From NCBI GenBank assembly GCA_039029275.1, contig JBCCGL010000005.1:209122-273121 (forward strand): a stretch of DNA of 64,000 bases, read 5' to 3'. The first letter of the stretch is position 1. Each line of letters begins with the position of its first letter. Of this stretch, positions 59,367 to 64,000 are shown piece after piece. The notes under the pieces are model-generated. The model made no database searches, was not told where the DNA came from, and saw only the letters and a list, made by a program, of their open reading frames with translations. The position numbers were made by a program, and so were the translations under genes. The DNA is from Pseudomonadota bacterium. Its GTDB lineage: Bacteria > Pseudomonadota > Gammaproteobacteria > JBCCGL01.

Positions 59367-59750
59367 GTGATTGAGTTTTTTCTACATTTTTTTCCACTGC
59401 TCACCATTTTTTCTGCGTGCGTTGTGGTTTTCTTGTACGCGACGCACCTCAACACGCTGCACAAAATTGAAAAACACATGCTGGCGAATCGCCCCACAGA
59501 GTGGGAGAAGCTGGGAAAACCCAGCGTATTCGGAAAACGTACGACTGAACAAAAGCAGGATTTTCAGGAATTCATGGAAACTGAAAGTGCGCAGGACGTG
59601 AAAGATACACAGATCACCTCGCTGTGGGACAGAGCGAAAATTATCCATCAGCGAATGGTGTGGTTGATCTGGTTTACCTTTGGCATTTATATCTTCACGA
59701 TTTTTGCGGTCAGATGGTTAGAGCAGCAACTTCTCGCTGCGCATTTATGA
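59367..59750 (+). CDS. hypothetical small membrane protein (2 TM), AT-rich
   Basis: 127 aa with hydrophobic helices at both the N- and C-termini. No family recognised. Confidence 0.4.
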   Translation: MIEFFLHFFPLLTIFSACVVVFLYATHLNTLHKIEKHMLANRPTEWEKLGKPSVFGKRTTEQKQDFQEFMETESAQDVKDTQITSLWDRAKIIHQRMVWLIWFTFGIYIFTIFAVRWLEQQLLAAHL

Positions 59751-59759
59751 GCCTACTTT

Positions 59760-60944
59760 ATGAGCCTTAACGAATCGCAACTGACACTTCAGGCTAAAGC
59801 AAAAGCGCTGGCCGACACTCACATAAAATCACGAGCGGCGGAAACCGATAAAAACGAATCCTACCCTTGGGAAAATGTGCAGCGGTTGGTTGATGCCGGT
59901 TTTATGGGGATGACAATTCCGACCGAATACGGAGGCCAGGGCTTGAGCTATCTCGACGTTGTGCTGGTGATTGAACAAATCGCGCGAGTGTGCGGTGTAA
60001 GCGCGCGCATTGTGGTCGAGGCCAATATGGGTGCTGTCGGTGCGGTGATGACATACGGTAGCGAGGAGCAAAAAAAACTCGCCGCCGATCTGGTTTTGTC
60101 CGGTGACAAGCCTGCGATTTGCATTACCGAACCGGACGCCGGAAGCGCGACGACCGAGATGACAACGACTGCGGAAAAAAAAGGCAACAATTATGTTCTT
60201 AACGGTAAAAAGCACTGGATTACTGGCGGGAGCGTTTCCCGATTTCATTTAATCTTTGCGCGTGTTGTCGAAAATGGAGAGCCGCAGGGAATCGCCGGAT
60301 TTATCGCCGTGCGTGATGAGGCAAAAGGCTTAATCATTGGCAAGCGCGAACCGACGATGGGGCTACGCGGCATTCCCGAAACAGAAGTTATTCTCGACAA
60401 TCTTGAAGTCCCCCAAAACATGGCGCTGATTCCGCCGGAAGGGCTCAAGCGTGGTTTCGCAGGATTGATGACAGCTTACAACGGTCAACGCGTGGGTGCC
60501 GCAACGGTCGCGATGGGGATCGCTCAGGGCGCATACGAAGAAGCGGTTGCTTACGCCAAAAAACGCGAGCAGTTTGGTCGCCCCATCGCCGAGTTTCAGG
60601 GTTTGCAGTGGATGCTTGCGGATATGTCGATTGGGCTTGAGGCTGCGCGCGCCTTGATTTACAAAGCAGCCGCAAGCGATGTCCACGGCTTTCCGGATAT
60701 GCGCATGGCAGCGCAGGCAAAAATTCTTGCATCAGAGACAGCAATTAAAGTCACCAACGACGCGCTGCAGATGCACGGTTCGGCCGGGTACTCGCGCAAC
60801 AACCCGTTGGAACGAATGGCGCGCGACGCGCGCATGTTTACCATAGGCGGTGGCACCGCACAAATTTTGCGCACGCAGGTTGCCGGATCAATTCTGGGCA
60901 TCAAAACACCACAAACGCGCGGCGGATATTTACCTAAAGACTAA
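59760..60944 (+). CDS. acyl-CoA dehydrogenase
   Basis: A three-domain ACAD pattern, the catalytic-base region (…GGGTAQILRTQVA…) and FAD-binding blocks. Confidence 0.85.
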   Translation: MSLNESQLTLQAKAKALADTHIKSRAAETDKNESYPWENVQRLVDAGFMGMTIPTEYGGQGLSYLDVVLVIEQIARVCGVSARIVVEANMGAVGAVMTYGSEEQKKLAADLVLSGDKPAICITEPDAGSATTEMTTTAEKKGNNYVLNGKKHWITGGSVSRFHLIFARVVENGEPQGIAGFIAVRDEAKGLIIGKREPTMGLRGIPETEVILDNLEVPQNMALIPPEGLKRGFAGLMTAYNGQRVGAATVAMGIAQGAYEEAVAYAKKREQFGRPIAEFQGLQWMLADMSIGLEAARALIYKAAASDVHGFPDMRMAAQAKILASETAIKVTNDALQMHGSAGYSRNNPLERMARDARMFTIGGGTAQILRTQVAGSILGIKTPQTRGGYLPKD

Positions 60945-61768
60945 CGGCTAAAAATTACCGGGCAAATATCGCTTTGCATTGGCATTCCGGGTTTTACTCC
61001 CGCTGCTGCAATTTCCTCCAGGAAGTCCGGGTCAACGCCACCCGCCCTTGGCGCGAAACGAATATCGTCGCCGAACCATTGCAGCGATACCACGCGACGC
61101 GCCATCCCCGGCGGCAGTTGTCCTGAGCCGCCGTGCGCCGTCATGCCGTGAAACATAATGCAGTCGCCCGGTTCAACTTCCCACTGCAAAAATTTGAACT
61201 CGTTCCGGCGCGCCTCGATATCCGGAAAGGTGTCTTTCTCCTGTTCAACTTTGCCCATTAACTCCTTTTCAGCTTCACTGCGAAAGTTTTCACGCGCGTA
61301 GTCGCTGGGCCAATGGTGCGAACCCTTAACAAATTCCAGCGCGGTTTCGCGCGCGACTGGGTCGAGTGGAATCCAGGTGCTGCAGCATTGCCAGCCATCG
61401 ACCGGCCAATAGGGTTGATCGCGATGCCAGCGTGTTTTACGTTGCGTGCCGGCACTGCGCAGAAAAACAGTGATGTTAGAAATCACCACTTTTTCCGATT
61501 GCATTAAAGCGGCGACATGCGGAGCGATTGGTGAATCGAAAATTATTTTTTTGTAGTGCGGGTTTTCGTCAACCAACATTTGATCGTGGAAAAAATGCTC
61601 ACCTGTCGAATCATCTTTCATGTAGTCGATTTGGCGCACAGTGGGATTCGCCAAGTTGTACTCGACACCCGCGCGCAGCGCATCCAGCATCGATTGATCC
61701 AACATATTTTTAAGGAGAACCGCGCCGTCAGATTTGTAGGTTTCGACCAGATGATCAGACACGAGCAT
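60941..61768 (-). CDS. PhyH-family Fe(II)/2-oxoglutarate-dependent dioxygenase
   Basis: …WHRDQPYWP… (HxD) and …HGMTAHGG… (distal His) fit the phytanoyl-CoA-dioxygenase-like fold. Confidence 0.75.
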   Translation of the reverse strand: MLVSDHLVETYKSDGAVLLKNMLDQSMLDALRAGVEYNLANPTVRQIDYMKDDSTGEHFFHDQMLVDENPHYKKIIFDSPIAPHVAALMQSEKVVISNITVFLRSAGTQRKTRWHRDQPYWPVDGWQCCSTWIPLDPVARETALEFVKGSHHWPSDYARENFRSEAEKELMGKVEQEKDTFPDIEARRNEFKFLQWEVEPGDCIMFHGMTAHGGSGQLPPGMARRVVSLQWFGDDIRFAPRAGGVDPDFLEEIAAAGVKPGMPMQSDICPVIFSR

Positions 61769-61782
61769 GACGTTAGATCCTC

Positions 61783-62928
61783 TTATTGGTACACCGCAAC
61801 CGGATTACCCAGACTGACAAAGTCAGGCTCAACACCTAGACCCGGTTGATTGCTGGCGTACAATTTTCCGCCCTCGGTTCTTGGGCCGGGAGTACCGGTT
61901 GGCTCAACATTATAGCTGTGTAAATCCGTAGTATTGATCAAAAATTCAGCCGGCGTGGAAGCGGCGAAATGCGAAATAACTGCAGTTGTAATCTCTCCAC
62001 CCCAGGTGTCTTCGCTGATCACCGGAATGCGATTGTCGATAAAAAAATCGCGCACGCGCCGCGCTTTTGATATTCCACCCAGGTTAGAAATTTTAAGGCA
62101 AACGATTTCAGCCGCGCGATCATTTACGATTCGCTGGGCCATCGCAATACCGGTGACGCACTCGTCGAGCTTTATCGGCAGGTCGACGCGCCGCCGTACC
62201 TGTAAGCACTCTTCGTAGCTGTGACAGGGCTGTTCCATCACATAGTCGAGGTCGCGCGTGGCGCGTGCAACGCGCAGGGCTTCGTCGACATGCCACCCCT
62301 GGTTGGCGTCGGCCAGCGCTTTTTCACCCGGCTTTAACGCGTTGACTGTCGCGCGAATCCGGTCAATATCCGTACGCCAATCCGAGCCGACTTTGATCTG
62401 GAATTGTTTGTACCCTTCGGCGCGTAAAATATTGAGTTCGGCGACCATCTCCTGTGGTGGCTTTTGCGGCGCAGGGCGATACATCGGTGCCCCATCGATC
62501 AACTTACCTCCCAACAGCATCCACACGGGTTGCTCGGTTGCCTTGCCTAAAATGTCCCAACACGCTGCATCAAAAGGTGCCTTGGCGTATCCATGCCCTT
62601 GTATCGTGTGGTCCATTATGCGCTCAATCTTCGAGACTTGACGCGGGTCTTCGCCTAGGAGTCTTGGTGCGATTAATTTGGCCGCGGCTTCAGCGCCTTC
62701 ATCGAAAGCAACCATGTAATTGTTGCCGCAGGGGCAGAATTCACCGCATCCTGAAATACCTGCATTGGTTTCGATGACCACTACAGTCGAATTAGCGGAT
62801 TCGATTACGTTGCCTCGTCCCCACGCGTAGGCACCCCGACCATAACGCAGTGCTTTTTTGTAAATCGAAATTTTTGTTATGCGCAAAACAGGCACCTCTG
62901 ATTTGTTGTCGCTTGATCTTATTGGCAC
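61783..62928 (-). CDS. enolase-superfamily enzyme (mandelate racemase/muconate-lactonizing enzyme family)
   Basis: …KVGSDWRTDIDRIRA…DANQGW…KLDE…CLKISNLGG… are MR/MLE metal-ligand and KxK-type blocks. Confidence 0.8.
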   Translation of the reverse strand: MPIRSSDNKSEVPVLRITKISIYKKALRYGRGAYAWGRGNVIESANSTVVVIETNAGISGCGEFCPCGNNYMVAFDEGAEAAAKLIAPRLLGEDPRQVSKIERIMDHTIQGHGYAKAPFDAACWDILGKATEQPVWMLLGGKLIDGAPMYRPAPQKPPQEMVAELNILRAEGYKQFQIKVGSDWRTDIDRIRATVNALKPGEKALADANQGWHVDEALRVARATRDLDYVMEQPCHSYEECLQVRRRVDLPIKLDECVTGIAMAQRIVNDRAAEIVCLKISNLGGISKARRVRDFFIDNRIPVISEDTWGGEITTAVISHFAASTPAEFLINTTDLHSYNVEPTGTPGPRTEGGKLYASNQPGLGVEPDFVSLGNPVAVYQ

Positions 62929-63039
62929 ATGATTAAAAAAATACTACGTCACGCGCAGTTATTCTTGTAACCCGCCTGTTCCTCGGCCACGACATCTGGC
63001 TGAAACGCCCGATCGACACTCGCGCGAATCAGCCTTATA

Positions 63040-64000
63040 TCAGATTCGATACTGCGCGACCGGCGCGCCTAACACTTCAGCGTCAGGTTCGATTCCCAAA
63101 CCAATCGAATCGGGAAGATCGAAGCACCCCGTGCGATTACGCGCACCCTGGCCAGGGGCGGGGTCGACGCTTACCATGTCCTGACACGACCAGCTTCCGA
63201 GACAATATTGTGAGGGAATACTTTGCGCAAAATGCGCAGCCGCGGTATCGGCAATCACGGACCCTCCTGTATCCATAACCAGCATAGTCATTCCGCTTGC
63301 AAGGCAAAAATCCCGCATACGGCGCCCCTTGGTTAAGCCGCCAACACGGTTAATTTTTATGTTAACCATTTCCGCGATCTGCTCGTGCTGTATTCTCAGC
63401 ATGTCTTCAAATGTATGGAGACTTTCATCGATACACAGTACTGCATTTGTTTGAGTATGCACTTGAGCAGTTTCTGTAAGAGTTTCGCAGGGTTGTTCGT
63501 ACCAGGTTTGTATGCGATCCGCTGCGTTGATAACGGTAATGGCCTCGCGCGATGACCACGCGCGGTTGCTGTCGAAATAAATTGTTTCATCTTCATGACG
63601 TTCAGCCCAAAGCGCGTTGATGCATTCAATGTCTGAATCCACCCCCGAACCGATTTTGCACGAGTGCACACGATAGCCCTTCGCGCGGTAGTCGTTGATT
63701 TCCGCAAGCATTGAATCAGGAGAGCTATTGGAGATACTCGATGCTATCGGCACGCGGTGAGCTTCGCGCGCGCCGAGCATTTCGCATAGCGGAACGCCAG
63801 CCGCGCGCGCGGCGATATCCCACGCCGCGATATCGAGCGCTGATTTTGCGTAGAGATGACCGGGTAGTGCGTGATCCATAGTGCGATTCAGTGCATCGAG
63901 CTGACGCGGATCACATCCAAGGATCGCGGGAACCAGTTCTTCGAAGGCAGCGCGGATACCACGCCCATGCGCCGGCAGGTAGCTCGACCCCCAGGGGCAA
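63040..64000 (-). CDS. enolase-superfamily enzyme (MR/MLE family), 5' end beyond window
   Basis: …AKSALDIAAWDIAA…DSNRAW…IDES…NIKINRVGG… motifs. The reading frame stays open to coordinate 64000, so the N-terminus is outside the window. Confidence 0.75.
   Translation of the reverse strand, partial: CPWGSSYLPAHGRGIRAAFEELVPAILGCDPRQLDALNRTMDHALPGHLYAKSALDIAAWDIAARAAGVPLCEMLGAREAHRVPIASSISNSSPDSMLAEINDYRAKGYRVHSCKIGSGVDSDIECINALWAERHEDETIYFDSNRAWSSREAITVINAADRIQTWYEQPCETLTETAQVHTQTNAVLCIDESLHTFEDMLRIQHEQIAEMVNIKINRVGGLTKGRRMRDFCLASGMTMLVMDTGGSVIADTAAAHFAQSIPSQYCLGSWSCQDMVSVDPAPGQGARNRTGCFDLPDSIGLGIEPDAEVLGAPVAQYRI

Noticed and set aside
1-64000. tRNA, rRNA, CRISPR arrays, transposases, integrases
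   Set aside because: I scanned for T-loop-like GGTTCGAATCC motifs, long direct-repeat or spacer arrays and IS/integrase-like proteins in the six-frame track. None were found.

Overview
This 64-kb window looks like a proteobacterial chromosome segment (GC-rich core, probably gamma- or betaproteobacterium). Almost all of it is explained by well-conserved genes. From the left: a CBS-domain gene; tatC-tatB-tatA; a histidine operon hisE-hisI-hisF-hisA-[GNAT]-hisH-hisB, all on the minus strand, with an extra GNAT acetyltransferase gene wedged between hisH and hisA; a membrane-anchored Hanks-type Ser/Thr kinase with internal repeats; and a tungsten-type aldehyde:ferredoxin oxidoreductase operon (Fe-S subunit, AOR, FAD oxidoreductase, MoaD-like) followed by a GFA-family protein and moaA. 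Next come housekeeping and accessory genes (CsaA-like, EamA, M24 peptidase, HAD, an AT-rich GNAT, ibpA). They are followed by a split B12-dependent acyl-CoA mutase (large subunit plus separate B12-binding subunit) with a MeaB GTPase and a divergent TetR regulator; a 6TM voltage-gated K+ channel whose start overlaps (ATGA) the stop of an LtrA-family gene; a complete preQ1 cluster (queF, queE-queD-queC); and a sulfur-amino-acid neighbourhood (two Cys/Met-metabolism PLP enzymes, a PatB/MalY C-S lyase, LysR plus YeiH-family exporter, EamA exporters, a PlsB-like acyltransferase, an S58 DmpA peptidase). The most unusual part is a visibly AT-richer island of about 8 kb (roughly 43.3-51.4 kb) without integrase or transposase. 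It encodes three paralogous FemAB/Acetyltransf_6-like GNAT-fold proteins, a HupE/UreJ Ni/Co permease with a secreted DUF4198-like partner, an EamA exporter and an asparagine-synthetase-like PP-loop amidotransferase that lacks the N-terminal Cys nucleophile. This is a candidate uncharacterised small-molecule (metallophore-like?) or glycan-modification system. The island abuts the classical SOS mutagenesis cassette lexA-imuA-imuB-dnaE2, which has tandem LexA boxes. The window ends with a catabolic cluster (LigB-type extradiol dioxygenase, HIBADH-like dehydrogenase, acyl-CoA dehydrogenase, PhyH-family dioxygenase, two MR/MLE enolase-superfamily genes; the last runs off the window). A roughly 27-nt near-identical motif (GCGCAGTTTACACG[C/G]AGTAAATGAGCA, plus a shared GATCAATTTTTAA tail) occurs at two unrelated loci, with a degenerate third copy at the island border. 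I found no tRNA, rRNA, CRISPR array or transposase.
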